Part shown: positions 57,157 through 64,000 of the stretch, piece after piece
How the letters are laid out: the number at the start of each line of letters is the position of its first letter
Position numbering within the stretch: the stretch's first letter is position 1
Assembly: GCA_020632575.1 (NCBI GenBank)
Contig: JACKFH010000012.1
Location: forward strand, 1-64,000
Length of the DNA stretch: 64,000 nt
Direction: 5' to 3'
Origin: Candidatus Omnitrophota bacterium
GTDB lineage: Bacteria; Hinthialibacterota; Hinthialibacteria; OLB16
Program-made: the position numbers and the translations under genes
The notes under the pieces: model-generated
What the model was told of the DNA's origin: nothing
The model's input: only the letters and a program-made list of their open reading frames with translations
The model's database searches: none

Positions 57157-57198
57157 AAAAAGGCCCTTCCCGCCTTAGCGGAAAGGGCCTTTTGTTTG
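57157..57198. terminator. Bidirectional rho-independent terminator
   Basis: AAGGCCCTTCC-CGCCTTAGCG-GGAAAGGGCCTT hairpin with flanking A-runs and T-runs, between convergent pilC and the 57215..58192 gene. Confidence 0.6.
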
Positions 57199-57214
57199 GA
57201 TTGCGTCCCCTCGT

Positions 57215-58192
57215 TCACTCTCCGGCGATATTCAGATAAGCCTGGAACCCCTTCTCCGGCATGGAATCGTCTCGCTCTTCGGTGGAATATATAAAAACCC
57301 CGTTCCGATATCGGAACTCTTCCCCTTTCTTGATCTCCACCGCGCTAGCCTCTCCACCCGTGTAAGCCTTGCGGCCAAAGGGATTGGCAAGTAGGACTCC
57401 ATAGTCCCTTGCATGGAACCAGGACGGTTTAAAATTGCCTGGATTCGGGATCAGCGTCATCCCGACGCTGTTTCCATCGATAGTTCCCGAGTAATCGCAC
57501 CACTTGGCGATCTTGCCCCAAACCTCGTCCTGATTCCTTCGACCTTCGCTGTCCAGGATGAGACCGCCCTCCTTCACATTCATCGGGGTGGCGACCCGGA
57601 AGGCGAAACCCATTTCCTCCTGATCTCCAAAAACGAAACTCCCCTTATCCGAGGAGAAAACCGAGTCCTGAACAAGGAGATACCCCAGCGGCGCGCTGTC
57701 TCCGGGGATCGCATGGATCCCGTAAGACACCGTTTCGCGGCAGACCTCGGACCCGTCCTCACCCAGATAGACATTCTCCACCGAGAACGAGCCATGACCT
57801 GATTCCCCCACCGGCTCTTGGACAAATCTCTCCTGGCGAACCCTCGCCTTCAGTCTCCAGAAATCCTGGCCGCTGATATCGCCGAATGCGAGCCAGATTC
57901 CAGGGTGATAGGTCGCATGGTCCGTCCGATCGACACCTTCGATCGGCGGATGATTTCGTGTTGCCTGAATTCCCGAGGGCGTTTTTACATCGCAAAAGTA
58001 GGGTCTCGGGATTTCCGTATCGACATAGACATACCGGGCGAAGGGTTGGCCGCCGATCTCGATCGAGATTTCACCCTCCCCTTGGTGAAAGGTGACCTCC
58101 GGCGAGTCCGCCCGCGCAAAGAGAAAAGGTTGATTGAGAAACAATAGGATGGGTAAAAGCAGAATTCGTGTGGAGTTTGAGACGCCTGACAT
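57215..58192 (-). CDS. Secreted hypothetical protein (325 aa)
   Basis: The true start at 58192 is preceded by GGAGGTGG 6 nt upstream and encodes a signal peptide (MSGVSNSTRILLLPILLFLNQPFLFA). The upstream part of the 614-aa track ORF is a wrong-frame extension overlapping the next gene. Confidence 0.5.
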   Translation of the reverse strand: MSGVSNSTRILLLPILLFLNQPFLFARADSPEVTFHQGEGEISIEIGGQPFARYVYVDTEIPRPYFCDVKTPSGIQATRNHPPIEGVDRTDHATYHPGIWLAFGDISGQDFWRLKARVRQERFVQEPVGESGHGSFSVENVYLGEDGSEVCRETVSYGIHAIPGDSAPLGYLLVQDSVFSSDKGSFVFGDQEEMGFAFRVATPMNVKEGGLILDSEGRRNQDEVWGKIAKWCDYSGTIDGNSVGMTLIPNPGNFKPSWFHARDYGVLLANPFGRKAYTGGEASAVEIKKGEEFRYRNGVFIYSTEERDDSMPEKGFQAYLNIAGE

Positions 58193-58355
58193 TCCACCAC
58201 CTCCAAAGGGAATTGAAAAAGCAAATCGATTCGGTTCGATGATACCCGACAGAGGATCTCTGTCGATATAGCGGGGAGGGTGCAAAGAAAAACGGGGCGA
58301 ACTCTTGCGAGTCCGCCCCGTTGGGTCTTTATTCTGCGCCGCTTTTGAACCCCGA

Positions 58356-59402
58356 TCAATCGAGGATCCGGCGATAAGTGACAATCCTTTCGGCTGGGCC
58401 GGGTGATGTGGCCAGCGGATTGATGGTGGACTGGTTTTCGATCCGCAAATTAACCACTTCATCGATCTCGCTATCCGGGTTCCCCTCCTCAGCCCGGTAG
58501 ACCGCTCTGACCGGGATCTGACGGTTCCGAATGTTGTCGCGATCGAGATTGGAACGGTCGATCTTGAAGTTCCAATGGAGATCGTCGGCTTTGCCGAGCG
58601 AGTCTTGCTCGGGGGAGTTGTACACTTCCATCTTGAGGTGATTCCACATGGAGGTCCCCCACGAGGATTCCGACTCCCATGTATCCCATTCGCCGTTATC
58701 GTTGAGGCCCAGGAAATTCCACTGGGTCGGGTCCTGTTTGAAATCCTTGGGCAGGTTGTCGTTGCTCCAAACCAACCGAGCGGTGAAACTGACATCCGCC
58801 ACTCCAGAGGCCACACGGCGCATATCGATCGTCGAGGGGTTAGCCTCGAACTCGATACCGAGCAACTGCGCGACCGGTCGGACATTGGCGATCGGCACCC
58901 TGCGGCCCTCCTCGAGTGGATCATTCTCGCCTCCACCCTGAGAGCCGGAGTCATCGTCATCGTCCCCGTTTTCATCCTGACCGCCACCGTTCGTGGGGGG
59001 CGCTCCGGGGGCAACCGTGATTGGCGTGGGGTTCGCCTCGAAAGCGCCATCGCACACACTGCCTAACGACAGAGCGCCAACAATTCCGCCTTCCCCATCG
59101 CAACTGAAGTCGGTCAGCGAGACACCGGTGTTCAGGTCGACAATGATTCCATCGGCGAGATAAACCGGGTCCGGTCCCAAATCGAATACGCGAGGTTCAT
59201 TCTCGCAAGGGACTTGAAAGACCACCTTCTCCACCTTGCCGTTCGCGCCCACAGTCACCGTAATGGTTCCCGTGTCGCCGGCGGGCGTCTCGAAATGGCC
59301 CGTTTTCTCGCCTTCGCCTCTGCAATCGAATTGCGCCCATCCCTGTTTCAAGGGGACAAGCGTGGCGGCGATGATGAAAAATGTCGCTAAAATCCTCTTC
59401 AT
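58356..59402 (-). CDS. Secreted acidic hypothetical protein
   Basis: Met at 59402 (MKRILATFFIIAATLVPLKQGWA signal peptide) is preceded by AAGGGGA. Contains a Gly/Asp-rich low-complexity linker. No domain call. Confidence 0.45.
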   Translation of the reverse strand: MKRILATFFIIAATLVPLKQGWAQFDCRGEGEKTGHFETPAGDTGTITVTVGANGKVEKVVFQVPCENEPRVFDLGPDPVYLADGIIVDLNTGVSLTDFSCDGEGGIVGALSLGSVCDGAFEANPTPITVAPGAPPTNGGGQDENGDDDDDSGSQGGGENDPLEEGRRVPIANVRPVAQLLGIEFEANPSTIDMRRVASGVADVSFTARLVWSNDNLPKDFKQDPTQWNFLGLNDNGEWDTWESESSWGTSMWNHLKMEVYNSPEQDSLGKADDLHWNFKIDRSNLDRDNIRNRQIPVRAVYRAEEGNPDSEIDEVVNLRIENQSTINPLATSPGPAERIVTYRRILD

Positions 59403-59679
59403 TTTCTTTTCCCCTTCAGCCAGTTCCACACCTGGCAAGTTTATCGTTTCGGCTATGAGAACGTCAACTTGAAACGTCCCAGCCAGAAACTCAACCTCAC
59501 TTTGTATTAAAGCAATATTCATGCCTACCATGAAAAGTCATTAAGATCAACTATTCACCCCATATTTGCCAAATCTGGGGGGGTATCCCCCGCGAAATAC
59601 CACTCTGGGTGCGAGATAAATCTCTCACTGAGCCGTTCCTGTCTCAGTCCAGGATCGTTTTGAATCGTTGTGTACCTAG

Positions 59680-60708
59680 TCATAACTTGGTGGCGAATTC
59701 CTCCACAGTCCCTTTTGAGGGAACTCGAACTTGGTACGATTCACCTCCCGATCTCACTTCGAGCGCCACATACTCGTAATTCATCTCTCCCTCGGGGTTC
59801 GCGATCCGACCGATATCCGTGTTCCCGGACTCTCCATTGTCCAGGTTCCAGTGGATTTGGTAGATCGCCTCGATCGATTCTGTCCCCTTCAACGTGGCGA
59901 AGGTCTCCGGTCCCGGGCCTTTTCGTGGGCCGTTGTTCGCCACCGCCACAGTCGGTTCGAGGGTCCGAATGAGGACCGGGTTGTTACTGTGGTCCAATCC
60001 ATGATGATCGACCTGGTAAACATCAATCTTTCCCACCAAATTGCAGGGGCAAACCAATTCGTTCTCGAGGTTCCAAGTGAGATCCGCCGCGTCCAGAAAA
60101 TCGAACGGCCCGTATTGAAAGAGCAGGGTCGTGCTGTTGGCGTTTTGCGAGGTGTCGGTGGCTTTCGGAATGAATCCGGAACAGAGAGGGTTCTCGGGAC
60201 AGCCCGCGGGCGACTCAACGAACTTCTGCGCCGCCCCCAAGCATCGAACCGAGAATTCGGGACCGTCCGAAGCCTGTATGAGGGGCAGGGAATCGCCCGC
60301 TTTCAGGACAATCCGATGGTCCCCCACCGCCTCTCGATAGCGATTCAGGCCCTTCTCCCAGACAGGATGCAAATCATTCGGGTACCCGGGATCGTAAATC
60401 TGGCCAATGGGAACCCGCTCCAAGAGGTCGGCGGTTCCCCCATAGTGATCGAGGTCGAAATGGGTGACTACCAAATGGTCGATTCGATCCTTTCCCGCCT
60501 CGTTTTTGAGGACCTGGACAATGTGGTCTGCGTCACGGGCTCCAGGGAACCCGGTGTCGACAAGAATTGTTTCCCCGGCCGGGGTCACCACAAGAGTCGC
60601 CCCGCCCCCCTCGACATCGACCCAGAAAATCTTCATGCCGCCTTGCCCAAGCGCCATGGAGGCGGGCCAGAGCAAGATCAAACACAATATCCATCGGGGA
60701 TGGTTCAT
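59680..60708 (-). CDS. Secreted MBL-fold metallo-hydrolase
   Basis: Signal peptide (MNHPRWILCLILLWPASMA). VVTHFDLDHYGG is the HxHxDH metallo-beta-lactamase motif. Confidence 0.65.
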   Translation of the reverse strand: MNHPRWILCLILLWPASMALGQGGMKIFWVDVEGGGATLVVTPAGETILVDTGFPGARDADHIVQVLKNEAGKDRIDHLVVTHFDLDHYGGTADLLERVPIGQIYDPGYPNDLHPVWEKGLNRYREAVGDHRIVLKAGDSLPLIQASDGPEFSVRCLGAAQKFVESPAGCPENPLCSGFIPKATDTSQNANSTTLLFQYGPFDFLDAADLTWNLENELVCPCNLVGKIDVYQVDHHGLDHSNNPVLIRTLEPTVAVANNGPRKGPGPETFATLKGTESIEAIYQIHWNLDNGESGNTDIGRIANPEGEMNYEYVALEVRSGGESYQVRVPSKGTVEEFATKL

Positions 60709-60860
60709 ATTGAGAAGCACTCCTTCGGTTCTTGAGAGGGACCGCAGTATGACCGAGGTTGACCGCCCGCGTAAGGCGGGTGTTTTCTTGTTTTTCACCC
60801 GCATCTCCTGAATAATCGGCGGACATCGCCTAAACATTCCAAACACCCCAAAGAGATCTC

Positions 60861-62009
60861 ATGAACGAACCAAAAAAAATCCCTTTCAACCGCGCTTGCT
60901 TTCAGGGCAAGGAACTTGTTTATATCGCCAACGCCATCGAGAACGCCCACATCTCCGGCGATGGCAAGTTCACCCGAATGTGCAACCAACTCTTGGAAAG
61001 CGAGCTCGACGTTCCGAAAGCTCTACTGACCACCAGCTGCACGCACGCTCTCGAAATGTCCGCCCTTCTCCTCGACCTCCAGCCGGGGGACGAGGTCATT
61101 CTGCCGAGTTTCACCTTCGTCTCGACCGTCAATGCCTTCGTCCTTCGTGGCGCCAAACCGATCTTCATCGATATCCGACCCGACACGCTGAACCTCGACG
61201 AAACCCAACTGGAATCCCTGATCACCGATCGGACGAAAGCGATCGTTCCAGTTCACTACGCCGGAGTCGGCTGCGAGATGGACGCCATCATGGAGATCGC
61301 GAATCGCCGGGGCATCGCGGTCGTCGAGGACAACGCCCATGGTCTCTTCGCAAAATACAAGGGGAATTATCTGGGAACCTTCGGCGGGCTCGCGACTCAG
61401 AGTTTCCACGAAACGAAGAATTTCACTTGCGGCGAGGGCGGCGCGCTTCTCATTAATGACCCGGCTTACATCGAGGCCGCCGAGATCATCCGCGAGAAGG
61501 GAACCAACCGCAGCCAGTTCTTCCGTGGCCAGGTCGACAAATACACTTGGGTCAAACAAGGTTCCAGCTACCTCCCCTCGGAACTTCTCGCCGCTTTCCT
61601 TTATGCCCAACTCGAATTCCGTGACCGCATCCAGGAAACCCGCCAGAGGATTTGGGAAACCTATTATGAAAGCCTTTCTCCCTGGGCGGAGAAACAAGGA
61701 GTCCAACTCCCCACAGTGCCCGAATACTGTGAACAGGCCTACCACATGTTTTACCTGATCCTCCCCTCGCTCGAAGCCCGACAGAGACTGATCAAGTATC
61801 TCGACGATCTCAGCATCAACGCTGTCTTTCACTATGTTCCGCTGCACCTCTCGGGAATGGGTCGCTTACTTGGTGGAGAACCCGGTCAGTGCCCGGTCAC
61901 CGAGGACTTGAGCGAACGGCTCTTGAGGCTGCCGTTCTATTATGAGTTGACTCAGGCGGATCAGGAGTTCGTGGTGGAGGCGTTGGAGAGGTTCGATGGG
62001 TGGGGGTGA
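60861..62009 (+). CDS. DegT/DnrJ/EryC1/StrS-family PLP-dependent sugar aminotransferase (WecE/ArnB-like)
   Basis: Motifs SFHETKNFTCGEGGAL (PLP-binding Lys region) and the N-terminal CTHALE. 382 aa. Confidence 0.75.
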   Translation: MNEPKKIPFNRACFQGKELVYIANAIENAHISGDGKFTRMCNQLLESELDVPKALLTTSCTHALEMSALLLDLQPGDEVILPSFTFVSTVNAFVLRGAKPIFIDIRPDTLNLDETQLESLITDRTKAIVPVHYAGVGCEMDAIMEIANRRGIAVVEDNAHGLFAKYKGNYLGTFGGLATQSFHETKNFTCGEGGALLINDPAYIEAAEIIREKGTNRSQFFRGQVDKYTWVKQGSSYLPSELLAAFLYAQLEFRDRIQETRQRIWETYYESLSPWAEKQGVQLPTVPEYCEQAYHMFYLILPSLEARQRLIKYLDDLSINAVFHYVPLHLSGMGRLLGGEPGQCPVTEDLSERLLRLPFYYELTQADQEFVVEALERFDGWG

Positions 62010-62037
62010 GGGAAACTACAAACGGAACAGAGACGCG

Positions 62038-62232
62038 TCAGCCTTTCTGGGATGAAGTGAGAGTGTCTTTATTGATATCGCCCTCCGTGATTTGGGGCAA
62101 ATCCTTTGCCCATTCGGGTCTGTTTTCGTCGAGAAAGCGTAGAATTTCTTCGTGCGTCATTCCTGATAATTTATTCGAAAGTTCTCGTTTGGCCCGAAGA
62201 ACCTCGTTCATCGTATCGCTATTCCAAGTCAC
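62038..62232 (-). CDS. Small protein (64 aa) translationally coupled downstream of the PIN-domain gene; possible cognate antitoxin or partner
   Basis: Its ATG overlaps the PIN gene stop (ATGA at 62229-62232). Charged and helical. No family call. Confidence 0.4.
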   Translation of the reverse strand: MTWNSDTMNEVLRAKRELSNKLSGMTHEEILRFLDENRPEWAKDLPQITEGDINKDTLTSSQKG

Positions 62233-62699
62233 GACCTTAAAACCTCCAGCGGGCTGCCGATCTTTAGTCTATTCGGATACCCAAGTTTACCATTAACTTC
62301 GGAGAATCGCGAGGATTTGTTTTCATTGGCAAGATGACGAAAGTTCCAGGACAAGAGGAATTCCACATCCAGTATCGTGGCCGCAGCCACATGAAAGCAA
62401 TCGACCGAATGATTCTCGGATAAGACACCATGGGTTATATAGGCCCGTCCAAGTTCAAACGCTTCATCCGTCATTTCAAAGACGTATGGATTGATTGAGG
62501 CGATTAGATCGTGCATGCGGGAGGCCTTAAGCAAAGGGGCAAGGTCGATTTCTTGAACAACTAGGTTCGATATGACCGCTCTCGATTCGAATTGATGGAT
62601 TAAATCGAACAATTCAAGTGTCAGGTCCCGAAAATCGGGAGAATCGTCGGCCAACGCGAAATTCCAAATGGAGGTATCGAGGAAAAGGCTCTGTATCAT
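62229..62699 (-). CDS. PIN-domain (VapC-like) ribonuclease
   Basis: The LFLDTSIW N-terminal acidic motif, a mid-protein Glu (VVQEID) and the DCFHVAAATILDVEFLLSWNFRHL C-terminal motif fit the PIN fold. Confidence 0.6.
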   Translation of the reverse strand: MIQSLFLDTSIWNFALADDSPDFRDLTLELFDLIHQFESRAVISNLVVQEIDLAPLLKASRMHDLIASINPYVFEMTDEAFELGRAYITHGVLSENHSVDCFHVAAATILDVEFLLSWNFRHLANENKSSRFSEVNGKLGYPNRLKIGSPLEVLRS

Positions 62700-62711
62700 C
62701 TAAACAATTCT

Positions 62712-62942
62712 TCACGGCACCTGAAAGTACGGCTTCCCATCCTTGTCATACAACACGATCGATCCCGCTCCATCCGGGGTGATCGTCAGCTCCACCTTCG
62801 CATTCCCATCCGAGTCCAAAAGGCGAAAAGCCGGGTTGCCCTCCTCATCGGTGTGGAACACCCCGCGTAGAGAACCCTCGTTGTCCTTGAGAAGGAACAC
62901 ATCCCCCGTGGTGGGAAACTTGTATGGTTTGGACATGGCCAA
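62712..62942 (-). CDS. Hypothetical small protein (76 aa)
   Basis: GAGGGG about 8 nt upstream. Gly/Asp-rich beta-like composition. No homology call. Confidence 0.35.
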   Translation of the reverse strand: MAMSKPYKFPTTGDVFLLKDNEGSLRGVFHTDEEGNPAFRLLDSDGNAKVELTITPDGAGSIVLYDKDGKPYFQVP

Positions 62943-62981
62943 AACCCCTCGAGCCGTGTAATTGCAATCTCAACGAAACCG

Positions 62982-64000
62982 TCAACCCAAATGTTTCCGC
63001 AAACGCTCCACCGCTTCCTCGACATCCGCGCGGTGGCCGAAAGAACTGAAGCGGACAAATCCCTCTCCGCCGGGTCCGAAGCCCGCGCCCGGCGTCGTTA
63101 CCACAAAAGCCTGGGTCAGGATCTCCTCAAAGGCTTCCCATGACCCTTTCCCCTTCATCCTCGCCCAGCAATAAGGGGAATTCTCACCACCATAAACCTC
63201 GAGGCCAATTTCGGTCAGGGCCTTTTTGATGATCCCGGCGTTCGTCTTGTAGTATTGGATCATCTCCTGAACCTCCCGGTAACCCTCCTCGGAAAGACAG
63301 GCTAACCCGCCCTTTTGGACAATGTTCGAGGCCCCATTAAAGAGTGTTGTCACAATTCGGTTCCAATCCTTGCTCACCGGGGTCCCGTCCTCGAATTGAA
63401 GTTCCTGAGGGACGACGGTCCACCCGAGGCGGACTCCTGTAAAGCCCGCCATCTTCGAAAAGGAGTTGATCTCCAATGCCACCTCGCGGGCGCCCTCGAT
63501 TTCGAAGATGCTGCGAGGCAGGTCCGGGTCCTCGATGTAGGCGCTATACGCCGCGTCGAAAATGAGGATCGACTGATTCTTCTTCGCGAACTCGACCAGT
63601 TCCTTCAACTGCTCTTTAGTCGAAACCGCCCCCGTTGGGTTGTTCGGCGAACAAAAATAGATGAGATCCGTTCGTTTTAGGTTAGCGAGGTCCGGGAAGA
63701 AATCGTTCGAGGCGTCGCAACGCATGTATTCAATCCCATCGAACTGCCCCGCCTCCTCGTTGTAGCCGCCTGTCTGACCGAGGATCACGCTCCCATCGAC
63801 ATAAACAGGATAAGAGGGATCCTGGACCGCGACAGTCGCCTCCTTCCCGAACAAGACTTGGAGACGACCGGTGTCGCATTTGGCGCCATCGGAGACATAA
63901 ACCTCCTCAGGTTTCACAATTCCACCATAGAGCACTTCGGCGATCTTCTCGCGGAGGTCCGCCATCCCCTGTTCGGCGCCATAGCCGGAGTAACCTTCCA
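62982..64000 (-). CDS. dapL: LL-diaminopimelate aminotransferase (DapL)-like class I aminotransferase, 5' end beyond window
   Basis: CSPNNPTG and SFSKMAGFTGVRLGW (PLP Lys) motifs. The frame stays open past the ATG at 63965 (...GYSGYGAEQG MADLREKIA...) to the window edge. Confidence 0.6.
   Translation of the reverse strand, partial: EGYSGYGAEQGMADLREKIAEVLYGGIVKPEEVYVSDGAKCDTGRLQVLFGKEATVAVQDPSYPVYVDGSVILGQTGGYNEEAGQFDGIEYMRCDASNDFFPDLANLKRTDLIYFCSPNNPTGAVSTKEQLKELVEFAKKNQSILIFDAAYSAYIEDPDLPRSIFEIEGAREVALEINSFSKMAGFTGVRLGWTVVPQELQFEDGTPVSKDWNRIVTTLFNGASNIVQKGGLACLSEEGYREVQEMIQYYKTNAGIIKKALTEIGLEVYGGENSPYCWARMKGKGSWEAFEEILTQAFVVTTPGAGFGPGGEGFVRFSSFGHRADVEEAVERLRKHLG

Noticed and set aside
58193-59059. 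N-terminal 289 codons of the 614-aa track ORF 57215..59059
   Set aside because: Arg/Pro/Ser-rich wrong-frame composition. It overlaps the well-supported gene 58356..59402 in another frame. The true start with SD sequence and signal peptide is at 58192.
1-64000. CRISPR arrays, rRNA genes, intact insertion sequences or transposases, prophage genes
   Set aside because: Searched for by eye (regular direct repeats with spacers, rRNA hallmarks, DDE/HUH/integrase-like ORFs). None found in this window.

Overview
The window is about 64 kb of a high-GC (about 55-60% by eye), gene-dense bacterial chromosome. I infer a Planctomycetota-like origin from a TAT-signal DUF1501 protein, a DUF1080 protein, a beta-helix protein with a dockerin-like tail, NHL/Kelch/BNR secreted propellers, LL-DAP aminotransferase and CsrA-FliW. 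Most genes are housekeeping or envelope functions. These include two tandem GT39/ArnT-like glycosyltransferases, a DAG-kinase-like lipid kinase, a TPR protein with PilB/GspE ATPase, HflK-HflC, and PspF-PspA (with a readable sigma-54 promoter) beside NfeD-flotillin and a MoxR ATPase. Also present are ErpA, a stomatin-like SPFH protein, an AlgI/AlgJ-like O-acetylation pair, tRNA-Ser(GCU), RmuC, RbsD/FucU, ClpC-BamA-Skp-LpxD, CsrA-FliW, BirA, a fatty-acid-hydroxylase-like enzyme, Hpt, PilC/GspF, an MBL hydrolase, a DegT-family aminotransferase, a PIN-domain pair, and a partial LL-DAP aminotransferase that runs off the 3' edge of the window. The most unusual locus is 47.2-54.5 kb. It encodes an FAD-dependent oxidoreductase followed by three paralogous B12-binding radical SAM enzymes and a TPR lipoprotein, preceded by a 0.45 kb hairpin-dense non-coding region. 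The first radical SAM copy is broken by two single-C deletions in poly-C tracts. Other features not explained by the ORF track are two families of palindromic intergenic repeats (three 70-nt copies and two 63-nt copies), an unlisted Arc-like ribbon-helix-helix ORF, an AT-rich region with two perfect DnaA boxes, divergent fliW/birA start codons that overlap, and a short PIN-domain C-terminal remnant. Internal start sites were placed by codon arithmetic on the ORF track. Non-ORF coordinates were read from the text and may be off by a few nucleotides.
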